From contig OZ360241.1 in assembly GCA_977017645.1 (NCBI GenBank), positions 34,100,001 through 34,164,000 of the forward strand: 64,000 nucleotides of DNA, given 5' to 3'. Positions 25,401 to 40,400 of the stretch are shown piece after piece. The notes below the pieces were generated by a model, which was given only the letters and a program-made list of their open reading frames with translations, was not told where the DNA came from and did not search any database. Numbering within the stretch: position 1 is the first letter of the stretch; every line of letters starts with the position of its first letter. The DNA comes from Torpedo marmorata (Eukaryota). Position numbers and translations under genes: made by a program.

Positions 25401-28400
25401 TGATGTATGTTGTTTCCCCTTATAGCTCCATGTGAATTGGATTTTGCTCTCTTGTGTGTCGAACAACCACTCAGTTAGATTATAGTTTGAAAGTGCCAAA
25501 CAAAGCCGCAATGCAACAAGGTTGCTAATTTCATTTTTCTTTTTGGCAGAAGTACCAAATAAAAGTGAATCTCCTGAATTTAATGTGACCTTCACTATAA
25601 CAAACTTGCCCTACATGGAGTCACTTCAGAACCCGGCGACACCCTTGTTCCAATCAACTTCACAAACAATTACTGAACAGGTAAATAAATGATCAAAGCA
25701 ATATTCATTAAAATTAATCGTCATTTAATATATTCAGCTCATTGACATTCTCAAAATATCTTTCTTTCAGCTCACTAACCTACTTAATAACAGCGATATA
25801 AATACAACTTTTATAGACTGCAACACAATCTCCTTCAGGTGAGAAATATGCATTATCTTCCTCATTGTTCAATTAACTAATCTATCCAATAAGCGTCAGG
25901 ATGGAGGGATCCATCATGTGTTCGGTTCTGAAACGTTGACTGACCACATCTCTCCATGGATGCTGCCTGACCCACGGAGTCCCTCCAGCTCCTCTTTGTT
26001 CACTCAAGATTCCAGCATCTGCAGTGTTTGTGCATCTCTTCATCGGGAATCTCATCCTTGTCTCGGTGTTTCCTTCTGTACAATTATTTTGTTTCATTTC
26101 ATTTACTTTCTCCAATGTGTTTGACCTGACTTCTCTGAAATTTCACTCCTCTCTTAAATGGTTGATTGCTTCAGAATTAATTATCATTTCTGGATTTACT
26201 TTCCAATCTTTAATATAACTTTAAAATATTTCTCCATCTGCTTCCTTTACATATTTCCAAAAGTTCCTACATTAACAATTTTCATTAATAAATTCAAAAT
26301 CGGATGCATGCCACATTATTATTTACTTTCCTGCCTCCAAGGGACATTAAAAACTTCCAGCTAAGCATTTTTTTTTCATCAGACTCTGCTACTTACTCCA
26401 ACTTTCTCTTTCAAATACCATACTTTTTATTATTGAATGTTATTTTTAATAGATTGGAAATTTCTAGTTATAATTAAGCTTTTATATTTATTTTTGACTT
26501 TTAAGTTAACATTTTAAATTTTGGTTTAAGTTAGCGTTTAAATTCACTGGTACCATATCTCCATATCATTTATAAAGTGATCCAATTATAATAATTAGCA
26601 TTACTGTAACAGCAAATTTAAATCAGGGCTCATGAAAAATAGAGAACTCCAAATGTGATAAATCTGAAATAAAAATTGAGCATGTTTAAACAGTCAACAG
26701 ATCAAGTAACACATGTGGAAAGAGAAAAGAAAGATCTTCCACCTAACATGCAATGCGAAAAAGTGCTGGAGAAACACAGCAGGTCACGCAGAATCCATGT
26801 GAAGTAAAGTGTAAACAATGTTTCAGGCCTGGGCCCTTCATCAGGAATCGTTGGTTACCCGTTACTTTCTTTGGATGCTGTGTGGCCTGCTGAGTTTGCG
26901 TTCTGCACTCAATTCCAGCATCCGCAGATTTTCTTGTTTCGCCCCAATCTTCCACCTGAAGCATTTTTCCACAGATGTTGCTGTGTTTCCAGCATTTTTG
27001 GTTTTATTATAAAACATGGCCATATTTGAGAATATAACCAGTGTATCATAATGACATCTTTATTCCCACAATCAGTAATGATCTATCCACTAAGCCATCA
27101 GATTTTGTGCATTAAATTGTCAAATATTTAAGTTTTGAAAACCATCCTTAAATAAAATCAACCACCTAGAAAGTGCATGAATGTAATTAGTTAAATAATT
27201 TTCATTTTAATATCCTCCAGTTTTTCCTCTATTTCATAATTATCATAATCACCAATTCTGATGAAGTCTCCTTCACCAGAAGTGCTGTTTCTCTTCCCTC
27301 TGCTGCTGTCTGACCTGCGAACTAAAAGAGTGCAGCATTTTCTGTTTTAGTTTTCCAGGATCTACAGTTTTATGCTCCAAATAAAATGTTCTTGTTTGGC
27401 AGTGCTACAAGCAGTCACAAGACCAAAGTGCATGCAGTCTGTACATTCAACAATACTTCTGCTGCGGAGAATGTGGATAGAGTAATGGTGTATCATCAGA
27501 TCAGTAACAAGACAAAGAACATCAGTGTTTTGGGACCCTATACTCTGGACAACAACAGCCTCCATGTAAATGGTACGAAATACCTGGTCTTTTTTTGCAT
27601 TATATCCTGGAAACCATATTGTAACCTCAGATAATATATTAATGTGTTGAATCATTTTTACTCTTATATTTCCAAATGGAATTCTTGCATTAATCAGTGA
27701 TCCTTAATTCCCGACTCCGTAACCAGCAAAAACATTTCCTATCCATTCCATGAGTCCTCCTACTGCCTTGATATGGCAATCAAATCAAACCTTGACCTTT
27801 TTGTTTGTGTAATCTCTATCTATAAACTAACCCCAGAAGTCAGGTTTCATTCCAGTAAAAATGTGTTTTTTCCCAATCAAGGTGAATATAACCCTGAATA
27901 TAACTTTTGCAAGGTGTAGTTAGTGTTTTCAAAAATCTCGGCATTGTCCAACCATGGATTTGCACAATAAAGCACAACTTCTATCCCCTGTGTTCTAGTT
28001 TTCTGCATATAAAAGTATCACTGGCCTTACCTCTTATTATCTGTTCTTGCCCATAACATTTGAAGTAGGCCGAGGTAGATGAACAACAAAACAATACTGC
28101 TGCAGAGAAGGTGGATGGAGTTACCTTGTACCATCAGTTCAGTAGCAACACAGAGAACATCATGAAATATGGATCTTATATTCTGAATGAAAATAGTCTC
28201 GACGAAGATAGTACGAAATTTCTTATCATTCTACATATTACAGCAAAGCTTGTTCCAGAATATGTCCAGCAATGTGCCTTTCATTAAACTGTGTGCTGAT
28301 TTGGTAGTGTTACCTTCCAACTGAATCCCCTTGAATTCCACTTCCCCACTGGGAGTGCAGTGCTGCATTATTCGTGTGAAAGAAAGGGCTAGTGCAGGTT

Positions 28401-31400
28401 GGGAAACTTGACTTTTACAAGCAAACTGAATTAAAAACTACTGATGCCAACTGAGAGCAACGTTCAGTATAAGCAAAGTTGCGAGAGTTTCCAATAAACA
28501 AGACTGGTACCCCGTTTACACAGAGATCCCACTTAGTTGCATGTGAACGACCCATGTTTAAAGCCAGGTCGGGTCGTACACACTTAATGAAGGAAAGCTA
28601 TTGACGAATTCATCAGACACTTCATAAGGAATGTAAAAACAATTAAACCAGCTTGTCTGCTTTCTACTGTACAATATAAAAATGAACTTGTAACTGCTGA
28701 AATTTAGAGTTGGTGGTGGTTTAGGCCACTGCAGGCTCTCCATGATATCATTTTAATAAACTCGAGGAGCGAACCTCGATGTATATGTTTTTGAGTGAAT
28801 TTGTGCAACAATTCATTTGAGCTTTTTAACATGTGCACAAAGTCTTCTTGGTTTGATAGAATTAGTGCACCAAATGTAGAAAGTGTTTGACATCAGATTC
28901 AGGACAGCTGTAATTAATGGCATAATGCTGTTGTCTTTTCAGATTATCATGAATCAACACCTACAACCAGTGAGTATGATTTGTGTTGCTTTCATGTATT
29001 AATGCTTCCATACTTTCATTTAAGCAGCACTCCTGATTGATGATGTATGTTGTTTCCCCTTATAGCTCCATGTGAATTGGATTTTGCTCTCTTGTGTGTC
29101 GAACAACCACTCAGTTAGATTATAGTTTGAAAGTGCCAAACAAAGCCGCAATGCAACAAGGTTGCTAATTTCATTTTTCTTTTTGGCAGAAGTACCAAAT
29201 AAAAGTGAATCTCCTGAATTTAATGTGACCTTCACTATAACAAACTTGCCCTACATGGAGTCACTTCAGAACCCGGCGACACCCTTGTTCCAATCAACTT
29301 CACAAACAATTACTGAACAGGTAAATAAATGATCAAAGCAATATTCATTAAAATTAATCGTCATTTAATATATTCAGCTCATTGACATTCTCAAAATATC
29401 TTTCTTTCAGCTCACTAACCTACTTAATAACAGCGATATAAATACAACTTTTATAGACTGCAACACAATCTCCTTCAGGTGAGAAATATGCATTATCTTC
29501 CTCATTGTTCAATTAACTAATCTATCCAATAAGCGTCAGGATGGAGGGATCCATCATGTGTTCGGTTCTGAAACGTTGACTGACCACATCTCTCCATGGA
29601 TGCTGCCTGACCCACGGAGTCCCTCCAGCTCCTCTTTGTTCACTCAAGATTCCAGCATCTGCAGTGTTTGTGCATCTCTTCATCGGGAATCTCATCCTTG
29701 TCTCGGTGTTTCCTTCTGTACAATTATTTTGTTTCATTTCATTTACTTTCTCCAATGTGTTTGACCTGACTTCTCTGAAATTTCACTCCTCTCTTAAATG
29801 GTTGATTGCTTCAGAATTAATTATCATTTCTGGATTTACTTTCCAATCTTTAATATAACTTTAAAATATTTCTCCATCTGCTTCCTTTACATATTTCCAA
29901 AAGTTCCTACATTAACAATTTTCATTAATAAATTCAAAATCGGATGCATGCCACATTATTATTTACTTTCCTGCCTCCAAGGGACATTAAAAACTTCCAG
30001 CTAAGCATTTTTTTTTCATCAGACTCTGCTACTTACTCCAACTTTCTCTTTCAAATACCATACTTTTTATTATTGAATGTTATTTTTAATAGATTGGAAA
30101 TTTCTAGTTATAATTAAGCTTTTATATTTATTTTTGACTTTTAAGTTAACATTTTAAATTTTGGTTTAAGTTAGCGTTTAAATTCACTGGTACCATATCT
30201 CCATATCATTTATAAAGTGATCCAATTATAATAATTAGCATTACTGTAACAGCAAATTTAAATCAGGGCTCATGAAAAATAGAGAACTCCAAATGTGATA
30301 AATCTGAAATAAAAATTGAGCATGTTTAAACAGTCAACAGATCAAGTAACACATGTGGAAAGAGAAAAGAAAGATCTTCCACCTAACATGCAATGCGAAA
30401 AAGTGCTGGAGAAACACAGCAGGTCACGCAGAATCCATGTGAAGTAAAGTGTAAACAATGTTTCAGGCCTGGGCCCTTCATCAGGAATCGTTGGTTACCC
30501 GTTACTTTCTTTGGATGCTGTGTGGCCTGCTGAGTTTGCGTTCTGCACTCAATTCCAGCATCCGCAGATTTTCTTGTTTCGCCCCAATCTTCCACCTGAA
30601 GCATTTTTCCACAGATGTTGCTGTGTTTCCAGCATTTTTGGTTTTATTATAAAACATGGCCATATTTGAGAATATAACCAGTGTATCATAATGACATCTT
30701 TATTCCCACAATCAGTAATGATCTATCCACTAAGCCATCAGATTTTGTGCATTAAATTGTCAAATATTTAAGTTTTGAAAACCATCCTTAAATAAAATCA
30801 ACCACCTAGAAAGTGCATGAATGTAATTAGTTAAATAATTTTCATTTTAATATCCTCCAGTTTTTCCTCTATTTCATAATTATCATAATCACCAATTCTG
30901 ATGAAGTCTCCTTCACCAGAAGTGCTGTTTCTCTTCCCTCTGCTGCTGTCTGACCTGCGAACTAAAAGAGTGCAGCATTTTCTGTTTTAGTTTTCCAGGA
31001 TCTACAGTTTTATGCTCCAAATAAAATGTTCTTGTTTGGCAGTGCTACAAGCAGTCACAAGACCAAAGTGCATGCAGTCTGTACATTCAACAATACTTCT
31101 GCTGCGGAGAATGTGGATAGAGTAATGGTGTATCATCAGATCAGTAACAAGACAAAGAACATCAGTGTTTTGGGACCCTATACTCTGGACAACAACAGCC
31201 TCCATGTAAATGGTACGAAATACCTGGTCTTTTTTTGCATTATATCCTGGAAACCATATTGTAACCTCAGATAATATATTAATGTGTTGAATCATTTTTA
31301 CTCTTATATTTCCAAATGGAATTCTTGCATTAATCAGTGATCCTTAATTCCCGACTCCGTAACCAGCAAAAACATTTCCTATCCATTCCATGAGTCCTCC

Positions 31401-34400
31401 TACTGCCTTGATATGGCAATCAAATCAAACCTTGACCTTTTTGTTTGTGTAATCTCTATCTATAAACTAACCCCAGAAGTCAGGTTTCATTCCAGTAAAA
31501 ATGTGTTTTTTCCCAATCAAGGTGAATATAACCCTGAATATAACTTTTGCAAGGTGTAGTTAGTGTTTTCAAAAATCTCGGCATTGTCCAACCATGGATT
31601 TGCACAATAAAGCACAACTTCTATCCCCTGTGTTCTAGTTTTCTGCATATAAAAGTATCACTGGCCTTACCTCTTATTATCTGTTCTTGCCCATAACATT
31701 TGAAGTAGGCCGAGGTAGATGAACAACAAAACAATACTGCTGCAGAGAAGGTGGATGGAGTTACCTTGTACCATCAGTTCAGTAGCAACACAGAGAACAT
31801 CATGAAATATGGATCTTATATTCTGAATGAAAATAGTCTCGACGAAGATAGTACGAAATTTCTTATCATTCTACATATTACAGCAAAGCTTGTTCCAGAA
31901 TATGTCCAGCAATGTGCCTTTCATTAAACTGTGTGCTGATTTGGTAGTGTTACCTTCCAACTGAATCCCCTTGAATTCCACTTCCCCACTGGGAGTGCAG
32001 TGCTGCATTATTCGTGTGAAAGAAAGGGCTAGTGCAGGTTGGGAAACTTGACTTTTACAAGCAAACTGAATTAAAAACTACTGATGCCAACTGAGAGCAA
32101 CGTTCAGTATAAGCAAAGTTGCGAGAGTTTCCAATAAACAAGACTGGTACCCCGTTTACACAGAGATCCCACTTAGTTGCATGTGAACGACCCATGTTTA
32201 AAGCCAGGTCGGGTCGTACACACTTAATGAAGGAAAGCTATTGACGAATTCATCAGACACTTCATAAGGAATGTAAAAACAATTAAACCAGCTTGTCTGC
32301 TTTCTACTGTACAATATAAAAATGAACTTGTAACTGCTGAAATTTAGAGTTGGTGGTGGTTTAGGCCACTGCAGGCTCTCCATGATATCATTTTAATAAA
32401 CTCGAGGAGCGAACCTCGATGTATATGTTTTTGAGTGAATTTGTGCAACAATTCATTTGAGCTTTTTAACATGTGCACAAAGTCTTCTTGGTTTGATAGA
32501 ATTAGTGCACCAAATGTAGAAAGTGTTTGACATCAGATTCAGGACAGCTGTAATTAATGGCATAATGCTGTTGTCTTTTCAGATTATCATGAATCAACAC
32601 CTACAACCAGTGAGTATGATTTGTGTTGCTTTCATGTATTAATGCTTCCATACTTTCATTTAAGCAGCACTCCTGATTGATGATGTATGTTGTTTCCCCT
32701 TATAGCTCCATGTGAATTGGATTTTGCTCTCTTGTGTGTCGAACAACCACTCAGTTAGATTATAGTTTGAAAGTGCCAAACAAAGCCGCAATGCAACAAG
32801 GTTGCTAATTTCATTTTTCTTTTTGGCAGAAGTACCAAATAAAAGTGAATCTCCTGAATTTAATGTGACCTTCACTATAACAAACTTGCCCTACATGGAG
32901 TCACTTCAGAACCCGGCGACACCCTTGTTCCAATCAACTTCACAAACAATTACTGAACAGGTAAATAAATGATCAAAGCAATATTCATTAAAATTAATCG
33001 TCATTTAATATATTCAGCTCATTGACATTCTCAAAATATCTTTCTTTCAGCTCACTAACCTACTTAATAACAGCGATATAAATACAACTTTTATAGACTG
33101 CAACACAATCTCCTTCAGGTGAGAAATATGCATTATCTTCCTCATTGTTCAATTAACTAATCTATCCAATAAGCGTCAGGATGGAGGGATCCATCATGTG
33201 TTCGGTTCTGAAACGTTGACTGACCACATCTCTCCATGGATGCTGCCTGACCCACGGAGTCCCTCCAGCTCCTCTTTGTTCACTCAAGATTCCAGCATCT
33301 GCAGTGTTTGTGCATCTCTTCATCGGGAATCTCATCCTTGTCTCGGTGTTTCCTTCTGTACAATTATTTTGTTTCATTTCATTTACTTTCTCCAATGTGT
33401 TTGACCTGACTTCTCTGAAATTTCACTCCTCTCTTAAATGGTTGATTGCTTCAGAATTAATTATCATTTCTGGATTTACTTTCCAATCTTTAATATAACT
33501 TTAAAATATTTCTCCATCTGCTTCCTTTACATATTTCCAAAAGTTCCTACATTAACAATTTTCATTAATAAATTCAAAATCGGATGCATGCCACATTATT
33601 ATTTACTTTCCTGCCTCCAAGGGACATTAAAAACTTCCAGCTAAGCATTTTTTTTTCATCAGACTCTGCTACTTACTCCAACTTTCTCTTTCAAATACCA
33701 TACTTTTTATTATTGAATGTTATTTTTAATAGATTGGAAATTTCTAGTTATAATTAAGCTTTTATATTTATTTTTGACTTTTAAGTTAACATTTTAAATT
33801 TTGGTTTAAGTTAGCGTTTAAATTCACTGGTACCATATCTCCATATCATTTATAAAGTGATCCAATTATAATAATTAGCATTACTGTAACAGCAAATTTA
33901 AATCAGGGCTCATGAAAAATAGAGAACTCCAAATGTGATAAATCTGAAATAAAAATTGAGCATGTTTAAACAGTCAACAGATCAAGTAACACATGTGGAA
34001 AGAGAAAAGAAAGATCTTCCACCTAACATGCAATGCGAAAAAGTGCTGGAGAAACACAGCAGGTCACGCAGAATCCATGTGAAGTAAAGTGTAAACAATG
34101 TTTCAGGCCTGGGCCCTTCATCAGGAATCGTTGGTTACCCGTTACTTTCTTTGGATGCTGTGTGGCCTGCTGAGTTTGCGTTCTGCACTCAATTCCAGCA
34201 TCCGCAGATTTTCTTGTTTCGCCCCAATCTTCCACCTGAAGCATTTTTCCACAGATGTTGCTGTGTTTCCAGCATTTTTGGTTTTATTATAAAACATGGC
34301 CATATTTGAGAATATAACCAGTGTATCATAATGACATCTTTATTCCCACAATCAGTAATGATCTATCCACTAAGCCATCAGATTTTGTGCATAAAATTGT

Positions 34401-37400
34401 CAAATATTTAAGTTTTGAAAACCATCCTTAAATAAAATCAACCACCTAGAAAGTGCATGAATGTAATTAGTTAAATAATTTTCATTTTAATATCCTCCAG
34501 TTTTTCCTCTATTTCATAATTATCATAATCACCAATTCTGATGAAGTCTCCTTCACCAGAAGTGCTGTTTCTCTTCCCTCTGCTGCTGTCTGACCTGCGA
34601 ACTAAAAGAGTGCAGCATTTTCTGTTTTAGTTTTCCAGGATCTACAGTTTTATGCTCCAAATAAAATGTTCTTGTTTGGCAGTGCTACAAGCAGTCACAA
34701 GACCAAAGTGCATGCAGTCTGTACATTCAACAATACTTCTGCTGCGGAGAATGTGGATAGAGTAATGGTGTATCATCAGATCAGTAACAAGACAAAGAAC
34801 ATCAGTGTTTTGGGACCCTATACTCTGGACAACAACAGCCTCCATGTAAATGGTACGAAATACCTGGTCTTTTTTTGCATTATATCCTGGAAACCATATT
34901 GTAACCTCAGATAATATATTAATGTGTTGAATCATTTTTACTCTTATATTTCCAAATGGAATTCTTGCATTAATCAGTGATCCTTAATTCCCGACTCCGT
35001 AACCAGCAAAAACATATCCTACCAATTCCATGAGTCCTCCTACTGCCTTGATATGGCAATCAAATCAAACCTTGACCTTTTTGTTTGTGTAATCTCTATC
35101 TATAAACTAACCCCAGAAGTCAGGTTTCATTCCAGTAAAAATGTGTTTTTTCCCAATCAAGGTGAATATAACCCTGAATATAACTTTTGCAAGGTGTAGT
35201 TAGTGTTTTCAAAAATCTCGGCATTGTCCAACCATGGATTTGCACAATAAAGCACAACTTCTATCCCCTGTGTTCTAGTTTTCTGCATATAAAAGTATCA
35301 CTGGCCTTACCTCTTATTATCTGTTCTTGCCCATAACATTTGAAGTAGGCCGAGGTAGATGAACAACAAAACAATACTGCTGCAGAGAAGGTGGATGGAG
35401 TTACCTTGTACCATCAGTTCAGTAGCAACACAGAGAACATCATGAAATATGGATCTTATATTCTGAATGAAAATAGTCTCGACGAAGATAGTACGAAATT
35501 TCTTATCATTCTACATATTACAGCAAAGCTTGTTCCAGAATATGTCCAGCAATGTGCCTTTCATTAAACTGTGTGCTGATTTGGTAGTGTTACCTTCCAA
35601 CTGAATCCCCTTGAATTCCACTTCCCCACTGGGAGTGCAGTGCTGCATTATTCGTGTGAAAGAAAGGGCTAGTGCAGGTTGGGAAACTTGACTTTTACAA
35701 GCAAACTGAATTAAAAACTACTGATGCCAACTGAGAGCAACGTTCAGTATAAGCAAAGTTGCGAGAGTTTCCAATAAACAAGACTGGTACCCCGTTTACA
35801 CAGAGATCCCACTTAGTTGCATGTGAACGACCCATGTTTAAAGCCAGGTCGGGTCGTACACACTTAATGAAGGAAAGCTATTGACGAATTCATCAGACAC
35901 TTCATAAGGAATGTAAAAACAATTAAACCAGCTTGTCTGCTTTCTACTGTACAATATAAAAATGAACTTGTAACTGCTGAAATTTAGAGTTGGTGGTGGT
36001 TTAGGCCACTGCAGGCTCTCCATGATATCATTTTAATAAACTCGAGGAGCGAACCTCGATGTATATGTTTTTGAGTGAATTTGTGCAACAATTCATTTGA
36101 GCTTTTTAACATGTGCACAAAGTCTTCTTGGTTTGATAGAATTAGTGCACCAAATGTAGAAAGTGTTTGACATCAGATTCAGGACAGCTGTAATTAATGG
36201 CATAATGCTGTTGTCTTTTCAGATTATCATGAATCAACACCTACAACCAGTGAGTATGATTTGTGTTGCTTTCATGTATTAATGCTTCCATACTTTCATT
36301 TAAGCAGCACTCCTGATTGATGATGTATGTTGTTTCCCCTTATAGCTCCATGTGAATTGGATTTTGCTCTCTTGTGTGTCGAACAACCACTCAGTTAGAT
36401 TATAGTTTGAAAGTGCCAAACAAAGCCGCAATGCAACAAGGTTGCTAATTTCATTTTTCTTTTTGGCAGAAGTACCAAATAAAAGTGAATCTCCTGAATT
36501 TAATGTGACCTTCACTATAACAAACTTGCCCTACATGGAGTCACTTCAGAACCCGGCGACACCCTTGTTCCAATCAACTTCACAAACAATTACTGAACAG
36601 GTAAATAAATGATCAAAGCAATATTCATTAAAATTAATCGTCATTTAATATATTCAGCTCATTGACATTCTCAAAATATCTTTCTTTCAGCTCACTAACC
36701 TACTTAATAACAGCGATATAAATACAACTTTTATAGACTGCAACACAATCTCCTTCAGGTGAGAAATATGCATTATCTTCCTCATTGTTCAATTAACTAA
36801 TCTATCCAATAAGCGTCAGGATGGAGGGATCCATCATGTGTTCGGTTCTGAAACGTTGACTGACCACATCTCTCCATGGATGCTGCCTGACCCACGGAGT
36901 CCCTCCAGCTCCTCTTTGTTCACTCAAGATTCCAGCATCTGCAGTGTTTGTGCATCTCTTCATCGGGAATCTCATCCTTGTCTCGGTGTTTCCTTCTGTA
37001 CAATTATTTTGTTTCATTTCATTTACTTTCTCCAATGTGTTTGACCTGACTTCTCTGAAATTTCACTCCTCTCTTAAATGGTTGATTGCTTCAGAATTAA
37101 TTATCATTTCTGGATTTACTTTCCAATCTTTAATATAACTTTAAAATATTTCTCCATCTGCTTCCTTTACATATTTCCAAAAGTTCCTACATTAACAATT
37201 TTCATTAATAAATTAAAAATCGGATGCATGCCACATTATTATTTACTTTCCTGCCTCCAAGGGACATTAAAAACTTCCAGCTAAGCATTTTTTTTTCATC
37301 AGACTCTGCTACTTACTCCAACTTTCTCTTTCAAATACCATACTTTTTATTATTGAATGTTATTTTTAATAGATTGGAAATTTCTAGTTATAATTAAGCT

Positions 37401-40400
37401 TTTATATTTATTTTTGACTTTTAAGTTAACATTTTAAATTTTGGTTTAAGTTAGCGTTTAAATTCACTGGTACCATATCTCCATATCATTTATAAAGTGA
37501 TCCAATTATAATAATTAGCATTACTGTAACAGCAAATTTAAATCAGGGCTCATGAAAAATAGAGAACTCCAAATGTGATAAATCTGAAATAAAAATTGAG
37601 CATGTTTAAACAGTCAACAGATCAAGTAACACATGTGGAAAGAGAAAAGAAAGATCTTCCACCTAACATGCAATGCGAAAAAGTGCTGGAGAAACACAGC
37701 AGGTCACGCAGAATCCATGTGAAGTAAAGTGTAAACAATGTTTCAGGCCTGGGCCCTTCATCAGGAATCGTTGGTTACCCGTTACTTTCTTTGGATGCTG
37801 TGTGGCCTGCTGAGTTTGCGTTCTGCACTCAATTCCAGCATCCGCAGATTTTCTTGTTTCGCCCCAATCTTCCACCTGAAGCATTTTTCCACAGATGTTG
37901 CTGTGTTTCCAGCATTTTTGGTTTTATTATAAAACATGGCCATATTTGAGAATATAACCAGTGTATCATAATGACATCTTTATTCCCACAATCAGTAATG
38001 ATCTATCCACTAAGCCATCAGATTTTGTGCATAAAATTGTCAAATATTTAAGTTTTGAAAACCATCCTTAAATAAAATCAACCACCTAGAAAGTGCATGA
38101 ATGTAATTAGTTAAATAATTTTCATTTTAATATCCTCCAGTTTTTCCTATATTTCATAATTATCATAATCACCAATTCTGATGAAGTCTCCTTCACCAGA
38201 AGTGCTGTTTCTCTTCCCTCTGCTGCTGTCTGACCTGCGAACTAAAAGAGTGCAGCATTTTCTGTTTTAGTTTTCCAGGATCTACAGTTTTATGCTCCAA
38301 ATAAAATGTTCTTGTTTGGCAGTGCTACAAGCAGTCACAAGACCAAAGTGCATGCAGTCTGTACATTCAACAATACTTCTGCTGCGGAGAATTTGGATAG
38401 AGTAATGGTGTATCATCAGATCAGTAACAAGACAAAGAACATCAGTGTTTTGGGACCCTATACTCTGGACAACAACAGCCTCCATGTAAATGGTACGAAA
38501 TACCTGGTCTTTTTTTGCATTATATCCTGGAAACCATATTGTAACCTCAGATAATATATTAATGTGTTGAATCATTTTTACTCTTATATTTCCAAATGGA
38601 ATTCTTGCATTAATCAGTGATCCTTAATTCCCGACTCCGTAACCAGCAAAAACATTTCCTATCCATTCCATGAGTCCTCCTACTGCCTTGATATGGCAAT
38701 CAAATCAAACCTTGACCTTTTTGTTTGTGTAATCTCTATCTATAAACTAACCCCAGAAGTCAGGTTTCATTCCAGTAAAAATGTGTTTTTTCCCAATCAA
38801 GGTGAATATAACCCTGAATATAACTTTTGCAAGGTGTAGTTAGTGTTTTCAAAAATCTCGGCATTGTCCAACCATGGATTTGCACAATAAAGCACAACTT
38901 CTATCCCCTGTGTTCTAGTTTTCTGCATATAAAAGTATCACTGGCCTTACCTCTTATTATCTGTTCTTGCCCATAACATTTGAAGTAGGGCCGAGGTAGA
39001 TGAACAACAAAACAATACTGCTGCAGAGAAGGTGGATGGAGTTACCTTGTACCATCAGTTCAGTAGCAACACAGAGAACATCATGAAATATGGATCTTAT
39101 ATTCTGAATGAAAATAGTCTCGACGAAGATAGTACAAAATTTCTTATCATTCTACATATTACAGCAAAGCTTGTTCCAGAATATGTCCAGCAATGTGCCT
39201 TTCATTAAACTGTGTGCTGATTTGGTAGTGTTACCTTCCAACTGAATCCACTTGAATTCCACTTCCCCACTGGGAGTGCAGTGCTGCATTATTCGTGTGA
39301 AAGAAAGGGCTAGTGCAGGTTGGGAAACTTGACTTTTACAAGCAAACTGAATTAAAAACTACTGATGCCAGCTGAGAGCAACGTTCAGTATAAGCAAAGT
39401 TGCGAGAGTTTCCAATAAACAAGACTGGTACCCCGTTTACACAGAGATCCCACTTAGTTGCATGTGAACGACCCATGTTTAAAGCCAGGTCGGGTCGTAC
39501 ACACTTAATGAAGGAAAGCTATTGACGAATTCATCAGACACTTCATAAGGAATGTAAAAACAATTAAACCAGCTTGTCTGCTTTCTACTGTACAATATAA
39601 AAATGAACTTGTAACTGCTGAAATTTAGAGTTGGTGGTGGTTTAGGCCACTGCAGGCTCTCCATGATATCATTTTAATAAACTCGAGGAGCGAACCTCGA
39701 TGTATATGTTTTTGAGTGAATTTGTGCAACAATTCATTTGAGCTTTTTAACATGTGCACAAAGTCTTCTTGGTTTGATAGAATTAGTGCACCAAATGTAG
39801 AAAGTGTTTGACATCAGATTCAGGACAGCTGTAATTAATGGCATAATGCTGTTGTCTTTTCAGATTATCATGAATCAACACCTACAACCAGTGAGTATGA
39901 TTTGTGTTGCTTTCATGTATTAATGCTTCCATACTTTCATTTAAGCAGCACTCCTGATTGATGATGTATGTTGTTTCCCCTTATAGCTCCATGTGAATTG
40001 GATTTTGCTCTCTTGTGTGTCGAACAACCACTCAGTTAGATTATAGTTTGAAAGTGCCAAACAAAGCCGCAATGCAACAAGGTTGCTAATTTCATTTTTC
40101 TTTTTGGCAGAAGTACCAAATAAAAGTGAATCTCCTGAATTTAATGTGACCTTCACTATAACAAACTTGCCCTACATGGAGTCACTTCAGAACCCGGCGA
40201 CACCCTTGTTCCAATCAACTTCACAAACAATTACTGAACAGGTAAATAAATGATCAAAGCAATATTCATTAAAATTAATCGTCATTTAATATATTCAGCT
40301 CATTGACATTCTCAAAATATCTTTCTTTCAGCTCACTAACCTACTTAATAACAGCGATATAAATACAACTTTTATAGACTGCAACACAATCTCCTTCAGG

